Positions 37,671 to 46,896 of a stretch of DNA of 64,000 bases are shown here, one piece after another. The DNA lies in assembly GCA_013216135.1 (NCBI GenBank), contig JABSOS010000004.1, forward strand, positions 79,939 to 143,938, in the 5' to 3' direction. Numbering within the stretch: position 1 is the stretch's first letter; each line of letters begins with the position of its first letter. Below the pieces are notes generated by a model. It was not told the DNA's origin. It worked only from the letters and a program-made list of their open reading frames with translations, and searched no databases. The position numbers and the translations under genes were made by a program. The stretch is from Candidatus Caenarcanales bacterium. Lineage in GTDB: Bacteria > Cyanobacteriota > Vampirovibrionia > LMEP-6097.

Positions 37671-38581
37671 GATAACTCTTTATTTAAGAACTCGGTTAAA
37701 TCTTGATCTTTGAAAACAAAGCCTGAATCTTCTAATTTTTTACTTGATACATTAACATCATTTAGAAGTAACTCTTGACCTTTTTCCCCCATTGTTGTCT
37801 TAATTGCTACTTCTGGAACTGGAAGTGGGCAGGCAATTCTATTCAGAGCTTTTGATAGAGATTGAGTGAACTCTTTGTTATCAACGGTTTGAGGGCTTGC
37901 TACATTAATTGCACCTTGAAGGTTTGGGTTATCTTCATTTTTAATTACATGTACTATTGAATCCACTACATCTCTTAAACTTACCCAAGGCATTTTTTGT
38001 TTACCACTACCGAGTGGAGAAGTCATACCAATCTGAAATAAAGGTTTTAACTTCGCAATAATACCTCCGTCTTTACTGAGTATATTCGCAAATCTCAGTG
38101 AACTAACTTTTATCCCTGAATCTTTAGCTTTTTGGGTTGCAGATTCCCATTTTTGAACTAAGTTCGGTAGAAAGCCAGAGCCTGGCTTCGAGTTTTCTGA
38201 TAAATCAGCTTCACTCGGTCTATTTCCGTAATAACCAACAGCTGAAGCATTAATCATTAAACTAGGCTTATTTTCTGTTTCTGACATTTTCTCAGCTAGT
38301 AATCTTGTAGTATTAACTCTACTATTAATTAAATTTTCTTTACCAGCAGAATCCCAGTTTGTTTCTGCAATTGGTGAACCAGATAGGTTTATGACAGCAT
38401 CAATATGTTCAAAGACACTTGAGTCTAATTTGTTATTGGCTGGATCCCATTTAACTTCACTGCTGTTAATTGGGGTTCTTCTTACTAAGGATTTAACATT
38501 ATATCCAGCCTCTTTTAATTCAGATTTTAGTCTGGAACCAACTAGTCCAGAGGATCCGGCAATTAAAATATTCTGAACCAT
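37667..38581 (-). CDS. NAD-dependent epimerase/dehydratase family protein (YfcH/SDR39U1-like)
   Basis: N-terminal ILIAGSSGLVGSRL Rossmann motif. 304 aa, C-terminal DUF1731-like region. Confidence 0.7.
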   Translation of the reverse strand: MVQNILIAGSSGLVGSRLKSELKEAGYNVKSLVRRTPINSSEVKWDPANNKLDSSVFEHIDAVINLSGSPIAETNWDSAGKENLINSRVNTTRLLAEKMSETENKPSLMINASAVGYYGNRPSEADLSENSKPGSGFLPNLVQKWESATQKAKDSGIKVSSLRFANILSKDGGIIAKLKPLFQIGMTSPLGSGKQKMPWVSLRDVVDSIVHVIKNEDNPNLQGAINVASPQTVDNKEFTQSLSKALNRIACPLPVPEVAIKTTMGEKGQELLLNDVNVSSKKLEDSGFVFKDQDLTEFLNKELS

Positions 38582-38863
38582 AATAACAAGGTTAACACAC
38601 TAGCTGTCTTAACGTATTTGTTATAGAATCTTATGTTGCATGTCTAACTTGATAAATAAATTAAATCATTACTCTGATGTTTTTGATAGATACTCACAGT
38701 TCTTGAATGAATTGATTGAAAGAGAGAAAATTGACAAGAAAGGGGAAAACCCACATTCTCCTGAAAAAAGGTATCTTCACCTCCCTTTGTAACCGATCAA
38801 AATGCTTTTAATACAATCACGTCTAATTATAGTGATATTCAAAGAGCTTTATCAAAAGAAGGT

Positions 38864-39298
38864 TTGTATGAAGATAAAAATAAAAGGCAACTTGTTAGAC
38901 TTTTAAGCGTCAATAGTCTTCAGAATGAATTCTCAGAAAAGTATAATATTAGTAAAGAAAATATCTCAGAGTGGATTGAGCAGCTTAAAGATTATGGAGT
39001 CTGTAAAGAAATTAGTTCAAGGGAATGGCTTTTAATGCAGATGATAAAGAAAAGGCATGAAATTAAACATGGGTCAAGGAAGGTTGTTCCATTAGTTGAA
39101 GGAACAGCATTAGCTGGATTATTGCGTGAGAATGCTCTTCTCGTAAACCCTCCGTGGCTTGGTTATAGATACTTGAAAAATAAAGATACATGGCTTCTTA
39201 GTCTTGCACAATTCCTGGAAAAAAATTTCCTGGTTAAACCTTCAAAGCATTTATCAAAGGGATTATCAGATATCTCCTCTAAATTAAGTAAGGAATAA
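38864..39298 (+). CDS. Hypothetical protein
   Basis: 144-aa ORF. Confidence 0.4.
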   Translation: MYEDKNKRQLVRLLSVNSLQNEFSEKYNISKENISEWIEQLKDYGVCKEISSREWLLMQMIKKRHEIKHGSRKVVPLVEGTALAGLLRENALLVNPPWLGYRYLKNKDTWLLSLAQFLEKNFLVKPSKHLSKGLSDISSKLSKE

Positions 39299-39371
39299 AA
39301 TTTTTTAACTATGGAAGCATTTTTTGATTGATAGTAATTATTTAGTAATAGTTGAGTCTTTAATCTGATAA

Positions 39372-39713
39372 TTAATTAGTCTCTTTTTTAAATAATGAAA
39401 TTACTAAAGTAAATAGACTTACAAATGCCATAAGACCAAGAATTATTGTAGGGGTTAACTTTTCAGCATTGCCTCCTGAAAAAGCCATTAAAGCAAGAGT
39501 AAACCTCCAGGTGAAAACTCCTAAGAAAGCTAAAGTTAATCCTTTTGAGATATAGTTGACAAAAGTCTTTTCAATAAAAAAGGACAAACTTAGAATAATA
39601 GTTCCACTAGCTACACCACTTATTAATGCTGATTTAGCGTGTGTTAAGAAGAAGCCTATTAAGCCCATTGAAATTAAAAATAAGCCGTATGATGTGAAAA
39701 TTTTTTTATCCAT
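39372..39713 (-). CDS. Small integral membrane protein (3-4 TM)
   Basis: 113 aa, strongly hydrophobic. Its 3' end is duplicated at 36697-36835. Confidence 0.5.
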   Translation of the reverse strand: MDKKIFTSYGLFLISMGLIGFFLTHAKSALISGVASGTIILSLSFFIEKTFVNYISKGLTLAFLGVFTWRFTLALMAFSGGNAEKLTPTIILGLMAFVSLFTLVISLFKKETN

Positions 39714-39819
39714 GCTTCTGCTTATTTTAGCAAGGCTTTAAATGTTTAAGAGTGCTGAGTGATCAATGGCAGAAATTTGTAGTGTGATAATGTTACATTA
39801 GGACTCTATAAGAAATTAA

Positions 39820-40440
39820 ATGAGTATCTTTAGAACTAACAGTATTGAAGAATTAAAAGAATTTTCTGAACGTTCTGACCAGTTAACTATTCTAGAACGT
39901 AGCCCTGTAAGAGGTGCGGAAGCTTTTTTTGAGGAGCTGATGATAAAGCCTTTTGGCTTTACGGGTGAAGTCTTTGGAGCTGATGCTGAAAAGAATGTTC
40001 GCGAGATTTTAGAAGAAAAATTTTCCTCTGAAATAGAAAGTAATCCATTTTATGATAGCTGGGTTTTAGATATGGTAAAGCTCTGTGAAGCTTTCTGCGA
40101 AATGCAAAACAGTGATTCTATTAGTTTTAAGCTTGGATCACAGCGTGGCTGTCGCCGCTATCATGTTGATTTCGTTCCACTACGTTTACTAGTTACTTAT
40201 GGAGGGAAAGGTACTGAGTTACTTCCAGATGAAGCTGCTGATCGTGATGCCTTTGAGAATGGAGAAGCTAATGAAAAGATTGTTAAGGATAGCTCTGTAA
40301 TAGAATTTATGAAACCTTGGGAAGTCGCTGTTTTTCATGGAGGTCCTAAGGGTATTTTGCATCGTACTCCAGATGATGCGCTTAACGGTCCTTCTGTGAT
40401 GATGCGACTTGATCATTCTACTTTTGGTTCGATGAAATGA
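39820..40440 (+). CDS. Hypothetical protein
   Basis: 206-aa ORF. Its last 25 nt plus downstream 30 nt are directly repeated at 40896-40960. Confidence 0.45.
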   Translation: MSIFRTNSIEELKEFSERSDQLTILERSPVRGAEAFFEELMIKPFGFTGEVFGADAEKNVREILEEKFSSEIESNPFYDSWVLDMVKLCEAFCEMQNSDSISFKLGSQRGCRRYHVDFVPLRLLVTYGGKGTELLPDEAADRDAFENGEANEKIVKDSSVIEFMKPWEVAVFHGGPKGILHRTPDDALNGPSVMMRLDHSTFGSMK

Positions 40441-40495
40441 AAGATTTCATTTGCGGAAAAATGACCCCTTAAAATTTTTCTCTGGGATTGCTAAC
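40432..40495 (+). repeat. About 60-bp direct repeat copy 1 (catgaaatgaaagatttcatttgcggaaaaatgaccccttaaa...ttctctg); copy 2 at 40896-40960
   Basis: Near-identical copies flank a 460-bp segment that carries two tiny hydrophobic ORFs. Confidence 0.6.
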
Positions 40496-40940
40496 TTCAT
40501 TTTTAATGTCTTCTAAAAACATTAAAGAAGAGAATAAGTATAAAGCTGAAACCTTTAGGACATTTGGTTTTGCCGTTATGGTTCCTTTTGCAAAAGCCTT
40601 TCTTGCATTTATTGAGGACTTTGAGATTATAAATGAGATTCACTTTCAAGTTAATGGTGTAATTTCTTTTTTACTTATATTTTTAGGTGTGAGGTTAATT
40701 GATATGGGAAGGCAAGTGATAGAATTTAACTAGGGTAAGCATTTTACTATGGAGATTGATACAACATTATTTGGTGCTTTATTTGCTTTTTTTATAGCAT
40801 TTTCTTTTAGTTCTTTTATCTTTTATCGTTTTGCTTTCCTGTGGGGAAAGCTTGATGGGAGAGTTCCTAAAGATGCTCGTTTTTGGAAATTTTTCTATCA
40901 TGAAATGAAAGATTTCATTTGCGGAAAAATGACCCCTTAA
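40488..40940 (+). CDS. Two tandem small hydrophobic ORFs (81 aa at 40488-40733; 63 aa at 40749-40940), doubtful
   Basis: Both are TM-like and bounded by the 60-bp direct repeat. The second ORF ends with the duplicated ...KDFICGKMTP tail. Confidence 0.25.
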
Positions 40941-41101
40941 ATTTTTTCTCTGAGATTGATAATTTTAATAAAGTGCTTAGAGCTTTTATGGGCTTCCTCA
41001 CATTAGAGCTCTAGGTGCACCTTAATTCAAGATAAAAATAAAAACATAGGAAAATTAGATCATGTTTATGTAAAATTGACATGACACATTGAAGCTCGGT
41101 A

Positions 41102-43393
41102 ATGTTGTGGCAAATTCTATCAGCAATAATTTTGACAGTAGTATTAGGTCTATCATCTATCCTGATACAGACGAACCTTGCTCAGCGTAAGATGGCGTTA
41201 GTTGAGTTTGCAAGTCATGATTATGTAGAAATTACTAAAGGCGCGAGTGCTTACATCGCTGATGAGTCAGCAGCACTACTTAAAGCTGTTAAAAGTTTTA
41301 TTTACTCGACAGAAAACTCAGAGACATCCTTAGAGAATTTAGAAAATCAATTTAATCAATTCCACAGTGACATGAACTCCTCTGCTTCTTCTTCCATTCG
41401 TGAGTTTTTAGATTACTATATTCAAAAGTCTACTTTTATTAATAAGCTTGAACTTAAAGCTAAAAAAGAGTTTAAAGAAGATTTGGATTTGAATCATAAT
41501 TTTAATCTTGCTAGAAGTGAGTTTCATGAAATTAAAAATATTGATTCTCAGCCTGATTACAAAACATCTTTAATTACAGAAGATAGACTGAGTTATTATA
41601 ATCCTAGACTTGTTTCTTCATATTTTAATTTTGCTGTTGAATTTGTGAGTGATGATAAGTTAATGATTGCTGATAATCTTTTACAGAAGATTGTGACTGA
41701 TAGTGCAGACTATGACGCGATTGTAGCGAATCCTGAAAATTTTAATTTGGATATAGATATCTCTGGACTTTCTGAAAGTGACTTTCCGAATACTTTAGTG
41801 CTTAATACTAAGTATCCAGTCTTTAAGTTTGATAATAAAGATGAAGAAGAAAGCTCTAGTAAAGAAATAAGAGAAATTAGTTTTATCAGTACTGCTCAGA
41901 TAAATACTACCAGTGATATTGAACTTAGACCTATAGTTTTCCCTAAGGTTCCTAAAATCAATCAATCACCGACTTTTCCCCCTTTACCTATCATTGAAAT
42001 TGAAAATATCCCTATTTCACCTCCATCTGCTCCAATCGCTGAAAACAATAATTTAACTAACTTCGATTTAGGGATTCGTAGCTTGCCAGCTAATAGTCAT
42101 GGGATCTTTGTCGATTCAGACAAAGTAGTTTCTGCTGATAACCCTTTACGGATAGCGAGTTCTAAAAGTAATGGACTTTCTACTTTATTCATAGATGAAA
42201 ATGGACATATAGTTATGTCTATCGGAAAAGCTTTTGAGGGTAATTCTAGATTGGGTTTGCCTGATAATTCACTAAACTTTAATCATGAAGGGATAGAAGT
42301 TTTAGACACTTTTAGTGATCAGCACGGAAAACAAAGTTTAGGCTCTAAAGACTCTTTATCTGGACTTAGTTTTCAAAATTCAGAATCAAATTCTGTTAAT
42401 AATAATTCTGAAATTAACTCAGGTGCTGAGATCTTAGCTGAAAACCCAAGTGTCGTACTCGATATTCTGCCGAGACAGCATAATCGCTATGGTACGGTAA
42501 ATGAAAGTTTTAAAGTAAATGGTGTTGAGATTCCAGCTGGAGCTGTAGTGGTGGCTACCAAGTCTGAGAACACGAAAAATCGTATCGATAAAAACTCTGA
42601 CTTTAACTACTTTAAAGTCTATGATGCAAGTGGCGCGCTTATAACTAAATTCCATCAGGGTTCAATTCAAAGTAATAAAAAACTTAAGAATATTGATTTG
42701 CAGAGTTTTAATACAGAAAAGGGTTTTGAGGATGCAGATGGTTCAAGTATTTATCAGAGTTTTTCTACTGCTGATCTGTTTAATGGGCAGGATGCAGAAA
42801 CAGCAGTGAAGTCTTTTCTGAATATTCAGGCAGATCTCGGGGATAGTCTTCAGTTAAATATTAATGAGAAGAATAAAAAGTGGCATAAGGATCTTTACAG
42901 GAATTTTAAATCTCAAGGGATTTCTTATACAGGGTCTACTTTAGAGGTTAATGATAAAGAAGCGGCTGCGGAGCTTTATATAGCTGAGAAGGTTTACGTG
43001 GATGATACTGCAAAAAGTTTGGATAAAGCGCAGTTTACTGCGCTGGTGGATTTGGAAGATGCTCGGGGGAAGGTTGAGAGTGCTAAGGATAAGTTGGTTG
43101 CTACTAAAAGTGATTTGAAGAAACAAGGTTACTCAAAAGCAAAGATTGATAAAAAGCTTAAGGAGCAAGTGAAAGAAATTAAAGTAGCTAAAAAGGAGAG
43201 AAAAGCTGTAGAAAAATCTTTTACAAAAACTAGGAAAGATTATGATAATTATATAAAGAATAGAGCTGTGCCTAAAGCTAAAATTAAGGCAGCTCTAGCA
43301 AAGCCTGTTGTAGTTAAAGCAGCCCCTAAAGTGTTTAAAGTTGCTCCTAAGAAATCAGCTCCGAAACCTAAAAAGAGAAAAAGAAGAAGATGA
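41102..43393 (+). CDS. Large membrane-anchored/secreted protein with Lys/Ala/Pro-rich histone-H1-like C-terminal tail
   Basis: 763 aa. N-terminal TM. C-terminus KAKIKAALAKPVVVKAAPKVFKVAPKKSAPKPKKRKRRR. Stop overlaps the LRR gene start. Confidence 0.55.
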   Translation: MLWQILSAIILTVVLGLSSILIQTNLAQRKMALVEFASHDYVEITKGASAYIADESAALLKAVKSFIYSTENSETSLENLENQFNQFHSDMNSSASSSIREFLDYYIQKSTFINKLELKAKKEFKEDLDLNHNFNLARSEFHEIKNIDSQPDYKTSLITEDRLSYYNPRLVSSYFNFAVEFVSDDKLMIADNLLQKIVTDSADYDAIVANPENFNLDIDISGLSESDFPNTLVLNTKYPVFKFDNKDEEESSSKEIREISFISTAQINTTSDIELRPIVFPKVPKINQSPTFPPLPIIEIENIPISPPSAPIAENNNLTNFDLGIRSLPANSHGIFVDSDKVVSADNPLRIASSKSNGLSTLFIDENGHIVMSIGKAFEGNSRLGLPDNSLNFNHEGIEVLDTFSDQHGKQSLGSKDSLSGLSFQNSESNSVNNNSEINSGAEILAENPSVVLDILPRQHNRYGTVNESFKVNGVEIPAGAVVVATKSENTKNRIDKNSDFNYFKVYDASGALITKFHQGSIQSNKKLKNIDLQSFNTEKGFEDADGSSIYQSFSTADLFNGQDAETAVKSFLNIQADLGDSLQLNINEKNKKWHKDLYRNFKSQGISYTGSTLEVNDKEAAAELYIAEKVYVDDTAKSLDKAQFTALVDLEDARGKVESAKDKLVATKSDLKKQGYSKAKIDKKLKEQVKEIKVAKKERKAVEKSFTKTRKDYDNYIKNRAVPKAKIKAALAKPVVVKAAPKVFKVAPKKSAPKPKKRKRRR

Positions 43394-44475
43394 AATCATT
43401 AAATAAGTTAGTTATTGTTTTTTTAATAGTATTGAGTTCACTATTTATCTATGCTGTAAACGCCAAGAAGGTAAAAAGAAATCGTAATTTATCTGGTCGA
43501 AAAATTACTGATCTTAGTAGATTTAATTTTAAGGAAGGTCTGGAGATCCTAGATTTAGGAAGAAATAGGATTGTAGATTTATCTACTTTGGTTTTGCCTA
43601 GTACTTTAAAGGAACTATACCTCGACAATAATCCAATTTCTAACTTATCTCAATTAAATTTAAATCAAGGTCTAGAAACCTTATTTTTAGTTCGTAATGA
43701 AATTTCAAATGTTTCTAATTTAACTTTACCTGAATCTCTTGAAAGTCTAACCTTAGATTCAAACCAAATTTCCTCAATTGATGATTTGATTTTAAATGAG
43801 AATCTAAAAGAACTTAGTATCAGTAGAAACAACATAACCGACCTCTCAAACGTAACTTTTCCTTCGAGTCTCCGTAACTTAGAATTCGGCAACGCCGAAT
43901 TCACCAACACCGAAAATTATAACTTCAACGAAGGCTTAGAGCGCTTACTTATCAGTGGTACAAATATTAGCTCTATTGATGATATGCAATTCCCAAGTTC
44001 ATTAAAACAATTGATTCTGCTTAGCTCACAACTCACAACAATAAATGGAGAAAATCTCCCAGCGACACTAGAAGAAATAAATTTTAATAACAATTTCTTC
44101 AATGAATTCGAAAACGCCAAATTTCCTTCAGGTTTAAAAAAACTCAGCTTAGAATTCAATAACATCGACGGCGACAATTTCGCGGACTTAGTCTTACCAG
44201 AAGGACTTGAAGAATTAAGCCTATCACGCAATCTTTTATTTAACCCTAAAGCCTCAAACTCCCCATTCCAATTTCCAGACGCTTTAGAAAATTTAAGCTT
44301 ACCTGATTCGATTAAAGTCTTAGACTTAAGTGACAACTCACTAAACAATTTAGACAATCTTGATGTCCCTACTTCACTTGAAGTTTTGAAATTGAAGAAA
44401 AATTTCTTTTCTAGAAAAGAAAAACGAAGAGTTAGAAAAAGATTTAAAGCCCTAGGAGTTAAAGTTCGGATTTAG
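43390..44475 (+). CDS. Leucine-rich repeat (LRR) protein with signal peptide
   Basis: Tandem 22-aa LxxLxLxxNxIxxLxxL repeats (LKELYLDNNPISNLSQLNL, LETLFLVRNEISNVSNLTL, ...). Confidence 0.7.
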   Translation: MKSLNKLVIVFLIVLSSLFIYAVNAKKVKRNRNLSGRKITDLSRFNFKEGLEILDLGRNRIVDLSTLVLPSTLKELYLDNNPISNLSQLNLNQGLETLFLVRNEISNVSNLTLPESLESLTLDSNQISSIDDLILNENLKELSISRNNITDLSNVTFPSSLRNLEFGNAEFTNTENYNFNEGLERLLISGTNISSIDDMQFPSSLKQLILLSSQLTTINGENLPATLEEINFNNNFFNEFENAKFPSGLKKLSLEFNNIDGDNFADLVLPEGLEELSLSRNLLFNPKASNSPFQFPDALENLSLPDSIKVLDLSDNSLNNLDNLDVPTSLEVLKLKKNFFSRKEKRRVRKRFKALGVKVRI

Positions 44476-44869
44476 CTTTATACCAGGACCTAAACATCCA
44501 TAAAATTAAAAGCAGCTGCACAAAAACTCTAGCTATAAAGAAAACCACAGGCTGATCAGTAATCAGATCTAATTTATAAGCATCAACATAAACTTTGTAA
44601 TCAAGTAACATCTCAATATGAACTGAAAGAAAAACTGTGACTAAAAATGTCATAGCTAAAGCAGCAATCTTTCTAAAACTTTCAAATAAAAACAAAGCCC
44701 CTAATATGATTTCAGCGATACCTGTGAGATAAACTAATAATACTTTCATCGGGAAAATCGCTGGCACAACTGAAGCTAAGAGGTCAGTGTAGAAAAAGTG
44801 AGATAAACCAGCGAACATAAAAAATACGCCAGTATAGGTTACATCTAAGTTCTTAAAAAACTTTTCCAT
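44459..44869 (-). CDS. DoxX-family-like small membrane protein
   Basis: 136 aa, 4 TM, GVFFMFAGLSHFF. Confidence 0.45.
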   Translation of the reverse strand: MEKFFKNLDVTYTGVFFMFAGLSHFFYTDLLASVVPAIFPMKVLLVYLTGIAEIILGALFLFESFRKIAALAMTFLVTVFLSVHIEMLLDYKVYVDAYKLDLITDQPVVFFIARVFVQLLLILWMFRSWYKAKSEL

Positions 44870-44958
44870 CTCTTTTTAATATACCTTTGTAAATCTACTA
44901 ATATCATGGCTATGCTCTAAAACGCTGTTTCCTGTTCCATATAAGCATTTTGTTGATT

Positions 44959-45621
44959 TTAGATTACACTAAAACTTTTAACCTTAACTTTTAATTCTTT
45001 TGCAAAGTGACACAGGTACTTATCGGAGATAGCTTCAATTTGATATTTTTCTAAATAGTTTTCTTCAATACTCTCTAAATTTACCTTTTTTAGTTTCCAT
45101 GGAGAATGCTCAAGCTTTCCTTGAAAAACTTTTCCATGTTTACTTTCTAAATATGAATATCTCTCAGTGAGCCATTTACTTAAGTCACTATGATCTTCAG
45201 TTTTATGGTCTACATTAAATTTAGCGTTAAACCTTACTTGATAATCTCTGTCATCGTACCTGATGCATTCGATGGACTTTGTCGGCTGATAGTCTATATT
45301 TGCTTTAAGATAGTTTAATTTGAAAAATAATCTTGCTACTTCTATATGCAGACTTTTATTTGCATCTAAGCTAAAAAAATAGACAGCTTTTTGTCCTTTG
45401 TAGCGAACGTAAGTTCTCAGGTTAAACTCAAGTATCGAAGAGAAATAAGGGATAAGAGGTAGATCTAAGACTTTAATGTCTTTCATCTTAAATGGTACAA
45501 AACTTATATAAGCTTTACCATCTAAGAGATCAAGCTCAAGTGGAGCAGGAATGATTTTCATTAAACTCTGCGGATCTACCTCTTGATGAATGAAAATCAA
45601 ATTTGACCATGTTTGCTGCAT
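44959..45621 (-). CDS. DUF2071-family protein
   Basis: WSNLIFIHQEVDPQSLMKIIPAPLELDLLDGKAYISFVPFKM ... LRTYVRY ... VYFFSLDA matches the DUF2071 pattern. Confidence 0.5.
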   Translation of the reverse strand: MQQTWSNLIFIHQEVDPQSLMKIIPAPLELDLLDGKAYISFVPFKMKDIKVLDLPLIPYFSSILEFNLRTYVRYKGQKAVYFFSLDANKSLHIEVARLFFKLNYLKANIDYQPTKSIECIRYDDRDYQVRFNAKFNVDHKTEDHSDLSKWLTERYSYLESKHGKVFQGKLEHSPWKLKKVNLESIEENYLEKYQIEAISDKYLCHFAKELKVKVKSFSVI

Positions 45622-45623
45622 AA

Positions 45624-45926
45624 CTAATCTTGCACTTGTTTCGTATCAGTTTCTGATACAGAATTTGCCACTGGACAAGTTTCCATAGTTGCGGTAATTC
45701 CATGGAAACTTAAAATACCAGGGCAAACTTTTGTGAAACTTAAAGTGTTATACATTAGCCCTAAAAAGAGAATGGTAAATATTGAAAGAGCCATGAAATT
45801 TTCTCTTTTTAGGGAGCTAACTTTTACTACATTTGCCTCTAAGTCACGGGTATCAGCTTTTAATATCGAATAGACAAATGCGATTAGTAATGAAACTGAA
45901 ACTAGTATAGTTAAAGTTGTTACCAT
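45624..45926 (-). CDS. Small membrane protein
   Basis: 100-aa ORF with 2 TM. Confidence 0.35.
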   Translation of the reverse strand: MVTTLTILVSVSLLIAFVYSILKADTRDLEANVVKVSSLKRENFMALSIFTILFLGLMYNTLSFTKVCPGILSFHGITATMETCPVANSVSETDTKQVQD

Positions 45927-45972
45927 ATTTTTATAATACCCAGCCCTGTATTACCTTATCGTCTAACTGAAG

Positions 45973-46896
45973 CTAAGTGAGGAATTGTGTCTTCAAATGC
46001 CAAAGTCTGACAAAAATCACGTGTGGAATGGTAAGTCCAGCAAGGCTGATGAACACTACTTTAAAGATTTGTAAATTGATATTTTCAATACTTAAACCAT
46101 TTATGTAAAGAAATATTAGGAACATAAAAATAACTGACACTATAGTTCCTATTAAAAGCTTAGTGAAAAACTTTTCTGGTACATCACCTTTTTCGAAAAA
46201 ATCTAAGATATGTTTCGGTGAATGAAGAAAACAAAAATAAATAATAAAACCTATAAGTGGCTCACAGTAGAGCATCGCGAGTGTGACTAGTAGGATCTCA
46301 ACAGCTTTGTTGATTTTACCTCTAAATGAATAGTAGTTAAGGAGAAGGAATGAGAAAAATATTATTAAGTAACTGAGACTATTAAGTATGTTTACTAGAT
46401 TTGTCGCTGTAGCCTGGTTACTAAGTATCGAAAAAAGATTTATTAAAGTCTCTCTATGAAATACACTCGTTAATGAAATTAGAGCTGTGCCGTAAAAAGA
46501 AAATTCGATTAGATATCTGGCTAATTCTAAGCATGATGAATTTTTTGGAGCTCTAGCATCGCTTTCTCCCCAGTGATAGACTGATGTTAATAGGAAAAAG
46601 CTTAATGCAAAGGAAGGCACTCCTAGCCAAATGAGGGCTAGGAGTGCTGCAAGGACTAAATATGATAATCCAAACCTATTGCTGGATTTGAAGAAGTTTG
46701 CGATTAATTTATTTGATTTGATTAATTCAAAATCAAACGTTCCATGTGGTATTCCAAAAATCGATACAGAAATGGCTGTTAAGATTATTTGGACATATAG
46801 GTTGGATAATAATTCAGTCCTTGAAAGGGATATAGTAATTATCGTTGATAAGATGAAAAACCAACGATGATAAGATCTAAATCTCTTTAGCATCAC
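45973..46896 (-). CDS. blh: Brp/Blh-family beta-carotene 15,15'-dioxygenase (retinal synthesis)
   Basis: 307-aa polytopic membrane protein with several conserved His (IPHGTFD, YHWGESD, FLHSPKH, IPHVIF). Sits immediately downstream of the rhodopsin gene. Confidence 0.7.
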   Translation of the reverse strand: MMLKRFRSYHRWFFILSTIITISLSRTELLSNLYVQIILTAISVSIFGIPHGTFDFELIKSNKLIANFFKSSNRFGLSYLVLAALLALIWLGVPSFALSFFLLTSVYHWGESDARAPKNSSCLELARYLIEFSFYGTALISLTSVFHRETLINLFSILSNQATATNLVNILNSLSYLIIFFSFLLLNYYSFRGKINKAVEILLVTLAMLYCEPLIGFIIYFCFLHSPKHILDFFEKGDVPEKFFTKLLIGTIVSVIFMFLIFLYINGLSIENINLQIFKVVFISLAGLTIPHVIFVRLWHLKTQFLT

